From: Candidatus Lindowbacteria bacterium RIFCSPLOWO2_12_FULL_62_27
GTDB lineage: Bacteria; Lindowbacteria; 2-12-FULL-62-27
Reading direction: 5' to 3'
Length of the DNA stretch: 64,000 nucleotides
Assembly: GCA_001784175.1 (NCBI GenBank)
Contig: MFPR01000033.1
Coordinates: forward strand, 1 to 64,000
The notes under the pieces were generated by a model that saw nothing but the letters and a program-made list of their open reading frames with translations, was not told the DNA's origin and made no database searches. Below are positions 26,719 to 36,549 of the stretch, one piece after another (the first letter of the stretch is position 1; every line of letters begins with the position of its first letter). The position numbers were made by a program, and so were the translations under genes.

Positions 26719-28999
26719 AACGCGCCGGCGATGCGCGGCGTGCGCCGTCATTGTCGTGATGTCCGCCGTCGCGCTGATGTCGGCGAAGACGCGGCCGGTA
26801 TCGCATCCAAAGCCGGCGCCTTCGCCGGCCTTCTACGATTCGGCCGGCGTCCCCTTGCGCGTGGGGCTCAGCGACCGCGGCACGCTGAATCTCCCGCGTT
26901 CGACGTTTCCCAAACGGGTGTCGCAGGCAACGCTGGCAGCCGAGGACGCGCGGTTCTATTCGCATCACGGCGTGGACCCGCTCGCGCTGATTCGCGCGAC
27001 GTGGCAAAACCTGTCGGCCCGACGCGTGGTCTCGGGCGGGTCGACGCTGACGATGCAGTACGCGAAAATGCTCGATCCCGGCGGGCGCCGCGATCGAACG
27101 CTCCGCCGCAAGACCAGAGAAATCGCCCGCGCCGTCAGGCTGGAACGGACGCTCAGCAAGGATGAAATTCTGTCCGCCTATCTGAACCGCGCGCCGTATG
27201 GCGGAAACCTGGAGGGAATCGAAATCGCGTCCCGGATCTATTTCGGCCATCCCGCCGACGAGCTGAGCATCGCGCAGGCGGCGCTGCTCGCGGCGCTTCC
27301 CCGCGCGCCGGGACGGCTGGACCCGATCCGGTATCCGGACCGCGCGATTCGGCGGAGAAACCATGTGCTGGACCGGATGGCCGCCTGTGGGTTCATCTCC
27401 GCCGCCGAGGCCACGCGGCAGAAACAGATGCCGCTGGGCGCGCGGCGTCATCCGCTCCCGTTTCTCGCGCCGCATTTCTGCGACGCCGCGCAGGCCCTTG
27501 GCATGACCGACCGCCGGACCAGTCTTCGGATGGATGTCCAGTCAGCGGTCGAGCGGCGGCTGTCGCCGGCGATCGAACGGTACAGGACGCACGGGATTTC
27601 TCAGTCGGCCGCCGTGGTGCTGGACGTTCGGACGGGCGCGGTGGTTGCGATGGTCGGTTCCGCCGACTATCACGACGCCGGCCGGATCAGCGCCTCCGGC
27701 CAGGTCAACGGCGCCATGGCCCCGCGATCTCCGGGCTCGGCCCTGAAGCCGTTTCTGTACGCGCTCGCCTTTGACCGCGGACTCATTTCGCCCTCGACCT
27801 TCATCGCGGACGTCCCGTCGGATTATGCGGGAATCGAACCGCGCAATTACAACCGCAAATGCATGGGATTCGTCCGCGCGGACGTTGCTCTCTTGGATTC
27901 GTTGAACCTGCCGGCCGTGCGGCTGCTGGACGCCGCAGGCACGGGCGATTTTCTGCGGTTATTGAGAAACGCGGGCCTCACAACCTTGAACCGGAGTCCA
28001 GACCACTATGGACTCGGCATCGTCATCGGCGGCGGCGAGGTCACACTCCTGGATCTCACCAACGCTTGCGCCGCGTTGGCCCGGGGCGGTGTCTGGATGC
28101 CGTACACGTTGTCCGCGACGCCATCGTCGAGACGGCCGCGCCTGGAAATCTGTTCGGCCGAGGCCGCGTATCTGGTCAGACGCATCCTGGAAAACCCCGT
28201 GCGATTCGGCCGGGAATCTCCGTTTGAGTTCATCCAGGACGCGACGCCCACGTTCGCGTGGAAAACCGGCACGTCCAACGGCCACCGGGACGCGTGGACG
28301 GTCGGCTGGAATCCGGAATTCGCGGTGGGCGTATGGTTCGGTAATTTCGACAACCGGCCGTCCGAAAAACTCGTCGGCGCCGAGATCGCCGCGCCGGTGG
28401 TCGCACAGATTTTTGAAGACCTCTACCGATCGCGCCCGGCGCCGGACCCGGCGCCGGTTCCGGCCGGGCTTTCCACCCGGGCGGTCTGCGCGAGGTCGGG
28501 CTATCCACCGGGCCTGCACTGTCCGGCCACGCGCGCGGAACTTCAGATCGCGGGCGTCAGCCCGGCGGCGGTTTGTCCCGTGCACCGCGTTCGGCCGGGC
28601 GCCGCCCCGTCCGTATTCGAGCGGTGGCCGGCGGAAATCGACCAGTATTTGAGAACCCACGGTCTCGCCCAAAATTCCGGCGCCGATCCTTCAGGCCTTT
28701 CCGATGACTTGCGCATCCGCTCGCCGGTGGACGGACGGGTCTACGGAACGGGCGACATCGTTCTTCAAGCGGCAACGTCCTCGCCCGACGGCCGGCTGTT
28801 CTGGTTCGTCGACGGCATGCTCTTCACGGACGCCGCCGCCCATCAGCCGCTGGTCCTCCGGCCCGACCCGGGCCGCCACCGCGTGTCATGCCTGACGAGG
28901 GCGGGCGCGTCGGAGACGGTGCAGTTTGTGGTGGCGGACCCGGGATGTCACCCGCGCGGTTTGGTCACACGTTCGTACCCGGATAACTCTGTTTTCTGA
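26708..28999 (+). CDS. pbpC: Penicillin-binding protein 1C
   Basis: EDARF..HHGVD, SGGSTLTMQ, SALK (SxxK), SLN, KTGTS, C-terminal BiPBP-like domain; start approximate. Confidence 0.93.
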   Translation: MRRETRRRCAACAVIVVMSAVALMSAKTRPVSHPKPAPSPAFYDSAGVPLRVGLSDRGTLNLPRSTFPKRVSQATLAAEDARFYSHHGVDPLALIRATWQNLSARRVVSGGSTLTMQYAKMLDPGGRRDRTLRRKTREIARAVRLERTLSKDEILSAYLNRAPYGGNLEGIEIASRIYFGHPADELSIAQAALLAALPRAPGRLDPIRYPDRAIRRRNHVLDRMAACGFISAAEATRQKQMPLGARRHPLPFLAPHFCDAAQALGMTDRRTSLRMDVQSAVERRLSPAIERYRTHGISQSAAVVLDVRTGAVVAMVGSADYHDAGRISASGQVNGAMAPRSPGSALKPFLYALAFDRGLISPSTFIADVPSDYAGIEPRNYNRKCMGFVRADVALLDSLNLPAVRLLDAAGTGDFLRLLRNAGLTTLNRSPDHYGLGIVIGGGEVTLLDLTNACAALARGGVWMPYTLSATPSSRRPRLEICSAEAAYLVRRILENPVRFGRESPFEFIQDATPTFAWKTGTSNGHRDAWTVGWNPEFAVGVWFGNFDNRPSEKLVGAEIAAPVVAQIFEDLYRSRPAPDPAPVPAGLSTRAVCARSGYPPGLHCPATRAELQIAGVSPAAVCPVHRVRPGAAPSVFERWPAEIDQYLRTHGLAQNSGADPSGLSDDLRIRSPVDGRVYGTGDIVLQAATSSPDGRLFWFVDGMLFTDAAAHQPLVLRPDPGRHRVSCLTRAGASETVQFVVADPGCHPRGLVTRSYPDNSVF

Positions 29000-29399
29000 T
29001 TTCATGTAAATGAAATTTCAGATGCTTCATATACAATTTGAAATCTTTGTCTGTGCTGAAAACAGATAAATCATGTTTCATGGACACTGCAACAATCAAA
29101 AAATCCGCGTTGGAGCCTTGCAGCCCCTTCGATCTGAACATGTTGAACAATTCGGCCGCATACTCATAGTCCTCTGACGTAAGCGGAAAATCTTCGAATG
29201 GCTTCAGGTGCTCCTTCAATGCTTCAAATTGTTCCTGTTTGCGCACGCCGGACAAGACCTCTTGACGGATCGGGCCCAGGAGGACAACACGCCGTTCACC
29301 GATAAGCTCTTTCAGCTCGTTTACAACATCCTTAAGTTCGGGTTTGAGCACTGGTCTGAAAGCCGTTGACCAGACACAGGTATCAACGACGACGTTCAA
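28965..29399 (-). CDS. vapC: PIN-domain toxin, VapC family
   Basis: VVVDTCVW, QEVLSG, ADFLI, STDKDF acidic motifs. Confidence 0.92.
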   Translation of the reverse strand: MNVVVDTCVWSTAFRPVLKPELKDVVNELKELIGERRVVLLGPIRQEVLSGVRKQEQFEALKEHLKPFEDFPLTSEDYEYAAELFNMFRSKGLQGSNADFLIVAVSMKHDLSVFSTDKDFKLYMKHLKFHLHEIRKQSYPGTNV

Positions 29400-29596
29400 G
29401 CGCGTCTGCGCTGTTTCTTGTAATCGTAGGAAGGGTCATAGTCGATCTGTCCAAATAAGTTGAGGATTTTAATCTGCTTTTTATGTTGGATGTACTCTCT
29501 CAACGCCTCTGTAACCGCCGCCTTCTTTGTTCGATGGGCGCCCAACTTCCGAGCCATGACAATCAGTTTGTCATCAATCGCCAGATTCGTGGCCAT
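29396..29596 (-). CDS. vapB: VapB-family antitoxin
   Basis: MATNLAIDDKL...TKKAAVTEALREYI; overlaps vapC start; AGGAGGT RBS. Confidence 0.9.
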   Translation of the reverse strand: MATNLAIDDKLIVMARKLGAHRTKKAAVTEALREYIQHKKQIKILNLFGQIDYDPSYDYKKQRRRA

Positions 29597-29611
29597 GCTT
29601 GATCACCTCCT

Positions 29612-29651
29612 ATGTCACACAATTATTTACACAGAATTATACACATGTCAA
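29612..29651 (-). promoter_or_regulatory. vapBC promoter/operator
   Basis: TTGACA (29651-29646) followed by three TGTGT repeats across an AT-rich -10 region. Confidence 0.55.
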
Positions 29652-29660
29652 CTCGTGATT

Positions 29661-29721
29661 CCCTGCGGGTTTGCCGCAGGGGTTCCTTGTTGCCCCCTCT
29701 CCCCCTTCGGGGGAGAGGGGG
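29661..29721. repeat. Two hairpins, the second of the CCCTCTCCC family; may terminate the fad operon
   Basis: CCCTGCGG/CCGCAGGG (29661-29681) and CCCCCTCTCCCCC-ttc-GGGGGAGAGGGGG (29693-29721). Confidence 0.8.
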
Positions 29722-29762
29722 GCTGAATAGTTACGGCTTTCTTTATCTGCCCGCGGCCGATT

Positions 29763-31901
29763 TCAACGGACAGTTTCCTGATGAAACCGCCCGCCCGACT
29801 TCGCCAGCCGCACCAGATCGTCGCACGGCGCGAACCGCGCCCCGTGCCGTTCCGAGAACGCGTACAGCCGGTCGACGCACGACTGCAGGCCGCGGTCGTC
29901 CGCGTATTTCAGCAGGCCGCCCCGAAACGGCGGGAACCCCGTGCCCAAGAGCATCCCGACGTCCACCGTTTCGGCGTCGTCTACTACGCCCTCCGACAAA
30001 ACACGCGCGGCCTCGTTGACCATCGTGAGAATCAGCCGGTCCGTGATGTCTTCACCCGCGATCGCGGGCGCCGCCGGCAGGCCGTCATACAGCGCATGGT
30101 CCGGTTGCTTTTTCCCGCCTTTGTACAGATAAAACCCCCGCTCGTTTTTCTGGCCCAGCCGCCCCTCCCGGCGGAGCCGCTCAAAAAGCGGGCACGGCGC
30201 CATCCGGTCGCCGTACGCTTCGTGCAGAACATGCGAAACTTTCTCTCCCACATCGAGACCCACCACGTCCAGAAGATGCAAGGGACCCATCGGCATCCCG
30301 AACTTCAGCGCCAGCCGGTCGATGTGATCGATCCGCACGCCCTCGGACAATAGGTACGCCGATTCGTTCATGTATGGCATGAGGACGCGGTTGACCAGAA
30401 AGCCCGGCCGGTCCTTCACGACCACCGGCGTTTTCTTGATCGCCTTCACAAACTCCAGCGCCCGCGCCAGCGTCTCGTCCGACGTGCAGGGCGCGACGAC
30501 AATTTCGACCAACGGCATCTTGTCCACCGGATTGAAAAAGTGCAGGCCGATGTACCGGCCCTGCGATTCGGCCGGCCGGCCCTCGGCGATCTTTCCGATC
30601 GGCAGGCTCGACGTGTTGGTGGCCAGGACCACGCCACGCGCCGTCACGCGCTCCAGGTCGTCGAACACCTTTCGCTTGAGCGGCAGGTCCTCCAGCACCG
30701 CCTCGATCACCAGCTCGGCGCTGCGAAGCGGCCCGTAGTCGAGCGTGGGCAGAATGCGCGCCAGAATGTCGCGCGCCTCCTCCCTCCGGATCCGCTTCCG
30801 GGCCAGCGACCCGCGCACGATCTTCTCCGCCGCCCCGATGCCCCGCTGCAAAAATTTCACGTCGATGTCCTTCAGGCGCACCCCGAGGCCGCAGGCCGAC
30901 AGGTGCTGCGCGATGCCGGCGCCCATGGTGCCGGCGCCAATCACGGCGCAGGCGCGCGCCGGCGCCGGCTTCCCGCGGGCACGCGCCATCTCTTCGAGCC
31001 GCGGGATCGAATATTTTTTGAATTTCTCCATCTGAAAAAATGTCCGGATCAGGTTCTTGCACTCGCGTGTCTGCGGCAAGGCCGAAAAAATCTCGGTTTC
31101 GATCCGAAGCCCCTCCGACAGCTCCCGCCCGAGGCCCCGGCGGACGGCCGCGATCGCGGCCAGAGGCGCCGGATAGTTGCCCTGCGTCTTCTTGAGCACG
31201 GCGCTGCGCGCCATCGAACAGGTGAGTTCGCGGATCAGAAAAAACGGCGGCGACCGCCGCGGCCACGCAGCCTTCTTCGGATGCCGCATCACGAAAGCCT
31301 CGACCTCCTCCTGGAACGTGTCGTGCGGCACGCACCGGTCGGCCAGCCCCAGTTTCTCCGCGCGCCGGCCGTCGATCTGCCGGCCGGTCAGAATGAGATC
31401 GAGCGCGGGCTGAAGGCCGATGAGCCGCGGCAGCGTCTGCGTGCCGCCGAACCCCGGGATGATCCCCAGAGTCACTTCCGGCAGGCCCACCCGCGTTTTG
31501 GGACTGTCGCTCACGATCCGGTAATCGCAAAACAGCGCCGCCTCCAGGCCTCCGCCCAACGCCACGCCGTCGATCGCGGCATAGGTTGGACACCGGATCG
31601 TGTGCAGTTTCCACAATAGGTCGCGGCCCTCCCGCGCCACCGTGGCCGCCGCGTCGGCCGCGTCGATCTTCTCGATCTCGTGGATGTCGGCGCCGGCGAT
31701 GAACACGCCGGGCTTGGCGCTCTCCAAAACCAGACCCGAAGGCGGCTCTTGCTCGAGATTCCCGAGCACCTCCCCCAGCGCCCGCATGGTTTCTGTCGTC
31801 AGGACATTGACCGGTTTGTCGGGCAGATCAAAAATCACCCGGACAATCCGCCGGTGGTCCCACGTCTCCTCCCGGACTGTGATTGCGCCCGCGGCCGCCA
31901 T
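29763..31901 (-). CDS. Fatty acid oxidation complex alpha subunit (enoyl-CoA hydratase / 3-hydroxyacyl-CoA dehydrogenase), FadJ-like
   Basis: FIAGADI, GGGLE, GLPEV, GAGTMG, TNTSSL, HFFNPV; ATG overlaps thiolase stop. Confidence 0.95.
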   Translation of the reverse strand: MAAAGAITVREETWDHRRIVRVIFDLPDKPVNVLTTETMRALGEVLGNLEQEPPSGLVLESAKPGVFIAGADIHEIEKIDAADAAATVAREGRDLLWKLHTIRCPTYAAIDGVALGGGLEAALFCDYRIVSDSPKTRVGLPEVTLGIIPGFGGTQTLPRLIGLQPALDLILTGRQIDGRRAEKLGLADRCVPHDTFQEEVEAFVMRHPKKAAWPRRSPPFFLIRELTCSMARSAVLKKTQGNYPAPLAAIAAVRRGLGRELSEGLRIETEIFSALPQTRECKNLIRTFFQMEKFKKYSIPRLEEMARARGKPAPARACAVIGAGTMGAGIAQHLSACGLGVRLKDIDVKFLQRGIGAAEKIVRGSLARKRIRREEARDILARILPTLDYGPLRSAELVIEAVLEDLPLKRKVFDDLERVTARGVVLATNTSSLPIGKIAEGRPAESQGRYIGLHFFNPVDKMPLVEIVVAPCTSDETLARALEFVKAIKKTPVVVKDRPGFLVNRVLMPYMNESAYLLSEGVRIDHIDRLALKFGMPMGPLHLLDVVGLDVGEKVSHVLHEAYGDRMAPCPLFERLRREGRLGQKNERGFYLYKGGKKQPDHALYDGLPAAPAIAGEDITDRLILTMVNEAARVLSEGVVDDAETVDVGMLLGTGFPPFRGGLLKYADDRGLQSCVDRLYAFSERHGARFAPCDDLVRLAKSGGRFHQETVR

Positions 31902-33187
31902 CACTGCGCCTCCAGAAGCAACGCGGCGCCCTGGCCGCCGCCGACGCACAACGTCGCAAGGCCCCGCACCGCGCCGCGACGCTGCATTTCCTTGAGCAGC
32001 GTCAGAATCAGGCGCGCGCCCGACGTGCCGACCGGATGGCCCAGCGCGATGGCGCCGCCGTTCACGTTCAGCCGCGACGGGTCGATCTCGGACAGAAGAT
32101 CCTCGCCGTCCAGCCCGTATTCCTTCCGCAGGTTCGCCGAGCCAAAAAGTTTCAGGCACGACAGGACTTGGCACGCGAAGGCCTCGTTGATTTCGAAAAG
32201 GTCGATCTCTTTCATGGGAACGCTCGCTCGCCGGAGCATCTTTACCGTCGCGAACACCGGCCCGATCCCCATCTGCGCCGGCGGGCAGCCGGCATAGGCG
32301 TACGCGCGAAGGTAGCCCAGCGGCCTTTCCGGCAGATCAAAAGATTTCACGTCCTGCTCGAGGCACACAAGGAGCGCCGCAGCGCCGTCCGTCACCGGAC
32401 ACGTATTGCCGGGCGTGACGGTGCCGAATTTCCGGTCGAACACGGCCTTGAGTTTCTCCAGCGCCTCCAGCGACTGGTTCTCCCTCGGGCCGATGTCCTG
32501 CGTGACCGCCAGGCGCGGCGTGATCACCGGCATGATCTCCTCCGCAAGACGCGCCCGCGCCGCGACGGCCTTCTGGTGGCTCTTCAGCGCGAAGACGTCC
32601 TGCTCGTACCGGCTGATTTTGAATTTTTTCGCCAGCACCTCCGCCGTCTGGCCCATCCCGAGGCCGCAGATCGGGTCGGTCAGGCCGAGGATCAGGCCGA
32701 TCCTCGGGGAGAAATCCTTCGGCCGGAACGTCGCGAGCGCCGAGAGGCGCGCGCCCAGCTTCCTCGCCCGCTGCAGCGCCACCAGTTTCTCGGAAAAACT
32801 TTGGGGATAGAGCAGCGGAATCTGGCTCATGTTCTCCGTGCCGCCCGCCAGCATCAGTTTCCCGTGGCCGGCCAGCAGGCGGTCGTACGCGGTCGTCACC
32901 GATTCCATCCCGGACGCGCAGTTGCGATGGACCGTCACCGCCGGCGTGCGGATCGGCAGGCCGGCCAGGAGCGCCGACACGCGCGCCACGTTCGCCGCCT
33001 CGGCCGGCTGCGCGACGTTTCCGAAAATGACCTCGTCCACCTGCTCCGGCCGCACGCCGGTCCGGTCGAGCGCCTCGCGCATCGCCAGCCGCGCCAGATC
33101 ATACGCGGGCACGTCCTTGAACGCGTCCCCCGATTTCACAAACGGCGTCCGAATGCCGCCGAGAATCGCCAGCCGTGGTTGTGTCAT
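31901..33187 (-). CDS. Acetyl-CoA C-acyltransferase (thiolase), FadI-like
   Basis: RNCASG, NEAF, GHPVG, CVGGGQG. Confidence 0.96.
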   Translation of the reverse strand: MTQPRLAILGGIRTPFVKSGDAFKDVPAYDLARLAMREALDRTGVRPEQVDEVIFGNVAQPAEAANVARVSALLAGLPIRTPAVTVHRNCASGMESVTTAYDRLLAGHGKLMLAGGTENMSQIPLLYPQSFSEKLVALQRARKLGARLSALATFRPKDFSPRIGLILGLTDPICGLGMGQTAEVLAKKFKISRYEQDVFALKSHQKAVAARARLAEEIMPVITPRLAVTQDIGPRENQSLEALEKLKAVFDRKFGTVTPGNTCPVTDGAAALLVCLEQDVKSFDLPERPLGYLRAYAYAGCPPAQMGIGPVFATVKMLRRASVPMKEIDLFEINEAFACQVLSCLKLFGSANLRKEYGLDGEDLLSEIDPSRLNVNGGAIALGHPVGTSGARLILTLLKEMQRRGAVRGLATLCVGGGQGAALLLEAQ

Positions 33188-33242
33188 CGCGCGTTTTATA
33201 TCATACTCTCTTCGGAATGACACGAATTCGCTGCGCATCCAT

Positions 33243-33313
33243 GCGGCTGTCGTATAGTGGTAATACCCCAGCCTTCCAAGCTGGAGCCGCGGGTTCGATT
33301 CCCGCCAGCCGCT
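33243..33313 (+). tRNA. tRNA-Gly(TCC)
   Basis: GCGGCTG/CAGCCGC acceptor stem, CCAGC-CTTCCAA-GCTGG anticodon arm, GGTTCGATTCC T arm; CCA not encoded. Confidence 0.97.
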
Positions 33314-33329
33314 TTTTGGGTGAGCGACG

Positions 33330-33803
33330 ATGAATCAACTGACGTTTGTGCCCATGACCATGGAAGACTTGCCGGAGGTCCTGCGGATCGAACGGGAAAG
33401 TTTCCCGAACCCGTGGTCCCGGCCGATGTTCGAGCGGGACATCCTGCACAACAAGCTGGCCCGAATCGTCACGGTCCGCACGGGCGGGACCGTCGTCGGG
33501 TATTTCTCCCTCTGGAAAATCGTCGACGAAGGGCACCTCGTGACGCTCGCGGTCGATCCCGCGCGCCGCCGGCAGGGACTCGGCTCGACCATCCTCCGTG
33601 AGACCCTCCGGCTCGCCGAATCGATCGGCATCCGGAAACTCACGCTGGAGGTCCGCGAGACCAACCGCGACGCCCTCCGGATGTATGTGCGGTTCGGATT
33701 CGTCAAAACGGGGGTGCGGCTGAAATACTACGAGGACGGCGCCGACGCCTGGATCATGGACCTGGACCTCACCCCGCCGCACTCCCTTGGGGCGGTGTCT
33801 TGA
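33330..33803 (+). CDS. rimI: Ribosomal protein alanine N-acetyltransferase
   Basis: IERESFPNPW, LAVDP..RRQGLG, LEVRETN, KYY. Confidence 0.9.
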   Translation: MNQLTFVPMTMEDLPEVLRIERESFPNPWSRPMFERDILHNKLARIVTVRTGGTVVGYFSLWKIVDEGHLVTLAVDPARRRQGLGSTILRETLRLAESIGIRKLTLEVRETNRDALRMYVRFGFVKTGVRLKYYEDGADAWIMDLDLTPPHSLGAVS

Positions 33804-33905
33804 CCCGCCGCGTAACTTGAGTCACAATCCCCTGCTGCCGATAGGTATGAAAAGGATTGACGATGAAATTTCGATGTCGCACGAGAGTCGAAGGGAGGCT
33901 GCAAG

Positions 33906-34247
33906 TTGACGTTCATCTTACCCGCATTTGCCGAAGCGCCTGCTGCGCCCGGAGGCGCGGCGCCGTTGTTCCACACGTTTGTGATGATGTTCCTCATCAT
34001 CATCATTTTTTATTTTCTTCTCATTCGCCCGCAGAAGAAACGCCAGGAGGAGCATCACCGGATGATCGAGGCGCTCAAAAAGGGAGACGAGATCATCACA
34101 TCCGCCGGCATCCACGCGCAGATCGCGGACATCCGGGAAGACCACTTCGTCCTCAAAATCGCGGACAACGTCCGCATCAAGGCCACCAAGGCTTCCATTT
34201 CACAGAAAATCTCCGGCGAGGCCGGCGGGGAGGCGAAATCCAAATGA
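33906..34247 (+). CDS. yajC: Preprotein translocase subunit YajC
   Basis: FYFLLIRPQKKRQ, LKKGDEIIT..GI. Confidence 0.95.
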   Translation: MTFILPAFAEAPAAPGGAAPLFHTFVMMFLIIIIFYFLLIRPQKKRQEEHHRMIEALKKGDEIITSAGIHAQIADIREDHFVLKIADNVRIKATKASISQKISGEAGGEAKSK

Positions 34248-35374
34248 AGTTCTCTGCGCTCGTTCTGTCCCTCACGGTCCTGGCCGCAGGCGCGGCCTTC
34301 GCCGTCGACAATCCGGAGGACTATTACAAGGAGGGCCACCGGAAATTTTTCGAGTCCAATTTCCGCGCCGCCGCCGTCGAGTTCGCCAAGGCCATCGCCC
34401 TCAATCCCAACGTCCCCAAATATCACTTCTTCCTCGGCCGCACCTTCGAGCGGCTCCGCGCGGAGCCCAAGGCCATCGAGTCCTACCGGACCTGCATCAA
34501 GCTCGAGCCGAAACACATCCAGGCCATGAGCCGGCTCGGGAACATCTTCCTCGAGCAGGGCGCCTTCCGAAAGGCCATCCAGGAGTTCGAGCCGATCCTG
34601 AGGGTCCGCGACAGCGATTTCGAGGCCTACCACCGGATCGGCCAGTGCTACTTCAACCTCAGCGATTACCCCGCGGCCGTCCGGAACCTCCAGAAGGCCA
34701 TCGAAGTCGACCCGAAAAATCCGTATCCGATGTTTTTCCTCGGCCGCACCTACCTCGAGATGGGCGAGTGGGCCAAGGCGGTCGACATGCTGTCCAAGTC
34801 CGTGGAGCTCGACGCGTCCAACGCCGAGTTTTTCTTCTGGCTCGGCAGCGCCTATTACGCGACGGGGGATTTCCGGAACGACAAGGAGGAATTCTGGCAT
34901 TCGGGACAGAACTTCCGCCGCGCCATCGAAATGGGATACTCCAACCCCACCAGCCTCTTCATGCTCGGCAATTCCCTCCTCCACCGCGGCATCTTCCTCA
35001 TCACCAACAACCGCGAGCAGGAGGCGACGGAGCATCTCAAGGCGGCCGTTACGCAATATCAGCAGGTCATCAAGGCCCAGCCCGACGCGTCCAACGCATT
35101 TCTCAACCTCGGGCTCGGATACTACGCGCTGAAAAAATTCGACGACGCCCTCACCGCGATCCGCAAGGCCATCGAGCTGGAGCCGACCGTCGATTTCTTC
35201 CACGACTTTCTCGGAAACACGCTCTACGTCCTCGGTCGATTCGATGACGCCGTCGAGCAGTGGACACTCGTCAAGGAACTCAACGACAAATACGAACCCC
35301 AGACCTCGTCGATCTTCGGGATCGAGGGCAAACCCATCAAAGACAAAGTCCTCTCGGCGAGACGGAAACGATAA
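34244..35374 (+). CDS. Exported TPR-repeat protein
   Basis: Signal peptide ending AFA, multiple TPRs, ATGA coupling to yajC. Confidence 0.9.
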   Translation: MKFSALVLSLTVLAAGAAFAVDNPEDYYKEGHRKFFESNFRAAAVEFAKAIALNPNVPKYHFFLGRTFERLRAEPKAIESYRTCIKLEPKHIQAMSRLGNIFLEQGAFRKAIQEFEPILRVRDSDFEAYHRIGQCYFNLSDYPAAVRNLQKAIEVDPKNPYPMFFLGRTYLEMGEWAKAVDMLSKSVELDASNAEFFFWLGSAYYATGDFRNDKEEFWHSGQNFRRAIEMGYSNPTSLFMLGNSLLHRGIFLITNNREQEATEHLKAAVTQYQQVIKAQPDASNAFLNLGLGYYALKKFDDALTAIRKAIELEPTVDFFHDFLGNTLYVLGRFDDAVEQWTLVKELNDKYEPQTSSIFGIEGKPIKDKVLSARRKR

Positions 35375-35379
35375 GTCCG

Positions 35380-36546
35380 GTGCTTCGGGTTGGTCTTCTT
35401 TCCCTCGTCCTGATTCTTCCGTCCCCCGCCCACGCCGTCGAACGCGAAACAGATGGGGAGGCTGAGCCGAAGGCGCAGCAGGCGGCGCCCGCGGCCAAAG
35501 TTGGATACGAGGCGGAAAGCGATCTGAAACACGAGCCGGCCAGCAAATCGTATTTCTTCCTGACCAATGACATCCAGTGGCCGGAAAAAATGGAACTGGC
35601 GCCGCTGCCCAAACCAGCGCCGCCGACACCGCAAGCGGAACCCGCGCCGATCGAGCAGAAAAGGCCGAGACCGCGGCCGAAACCTGAACCCGAACTCGAA
35701 CCCGAACCGGCCGGGCCCGACACGGCCATGGCCGAAACGCCCGTCAGGACAACGGTCACGAAACTGCCGATCGCGCAGGCCGATCGCGACAAGCGCAAGA
35801 AACCACCGGTGACCAGAAAACCCGCCGTCGCCATGCCCGACATCGAAAAATTGCTCGCGGACGTCCGCCGGTCCGCTCAGCCGAAAATGCCGGCCGACGC
35901 CGGCGCTCCACCCTCGGGGTCCGCGCCCAAACCACCCGCGGACCTGACGCCCTATCGGTCGGAGGTCGAAGGCGTGGTCGACATCGATGCGCTGGCGAGA
36001 GATCTTGAAAAACTTCAGACCGAAGCCCCCGCCGCCGGCGCGGCTGCGGCAAAGATCTCACCGCCGAAACAGGCCGGCGAGAAACCGGCCGGGTCCGACG
36101 GGTGGACCATTTCCGCCGCAGTGACCGCCACCGCCGCCGCGCTCTATTACGCGATCTCCGTCGCCATCCGGCGCCGCCGCAAACACATCCGGCCTCAAAG
36201 CCATATCGACGCCGAAACCCGCGCGTTTTTCGACAAGCTCATCGCCGAACAGCGCCGACGCGCCGCCGCACGGGAATCGGCGAAACCTGCGCCGGCGCCG
36301 GCGCCCGCGCCCGCACCGCCCGGAGAAACAATCCCGGCGGAAGTTCAAGACGAGGAAACGCTCGTTCCCGAGGTTTTCCTCCTGCCTCCTGAACTCGCGG
36401 AGGGCGCCTACAAGGAAGCCGTGAAACTCGCCGCGATGGGCGAGACGCCGCACGACATCTCGGAAAAATTGAACCTCGGCGAAGGCGAAGTCCGGCTGGT
36501 GCTGGACATCGCCCGGTTGACCCACCAGCGCATGCAGGCCGCATAA
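35380..36546 (+). CDS. Hypothetical Pro/Ala-rich membrane protein with C-terminal HTH-like motif
   Basis: Signal-like start (approximate), one TM segment, C-terminal GETPHDISEKLNLGEGEVRLVL. Confidence 0.75.
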   Translation: MLRVGLLSLVLILPSPAHAVERETDGEAEPKAQQAAPAAKVGYEAESDLKHEPASKSYFFLTNDIQWPEKMELAPLPKPAPPTPQAEPAPIEQKRPRPRPKPEPELEPEPAGPDTAMAETPVRTTVTKLPIAQADRDKRKKPPVTRKPAVAMPDIEKLLADVRRSAQPKMPADAGAPPSGSAPKPPADLTPYRSEVEGVVDIDALARDLEKLQTEAPAAGAAAAKISPPKQAGEKPAGSDGWTISAAVTATAAALYYAISVAIRRRRKHIRPQSHIDAETRAFFDKLIAEQRRRAAARESAKPAPAPAPAPAPPGETIPAEVQDEETLVPEVFLLPPELAEGAYKEAVKLAAMGETPHDISEKLNLGEGEVRLVLDIARLTHQRMQAA

Positions 36547-36549
36547 GAC

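Noticed and set aside
33243-33313. tRNA-Gly as an integration site
   Set aside because: Flanked by housekeeping genes; no duplicated 3' end or integrase seen
33945-33958. GCGCC-CGGA-GGCGC hairpin in yajC as another copy of the 48-bp unit
   Set aside because: Four-nt loop and no CGGCCGGGTC or CCCAAGTGCC; may be chance in GC-rich DNA
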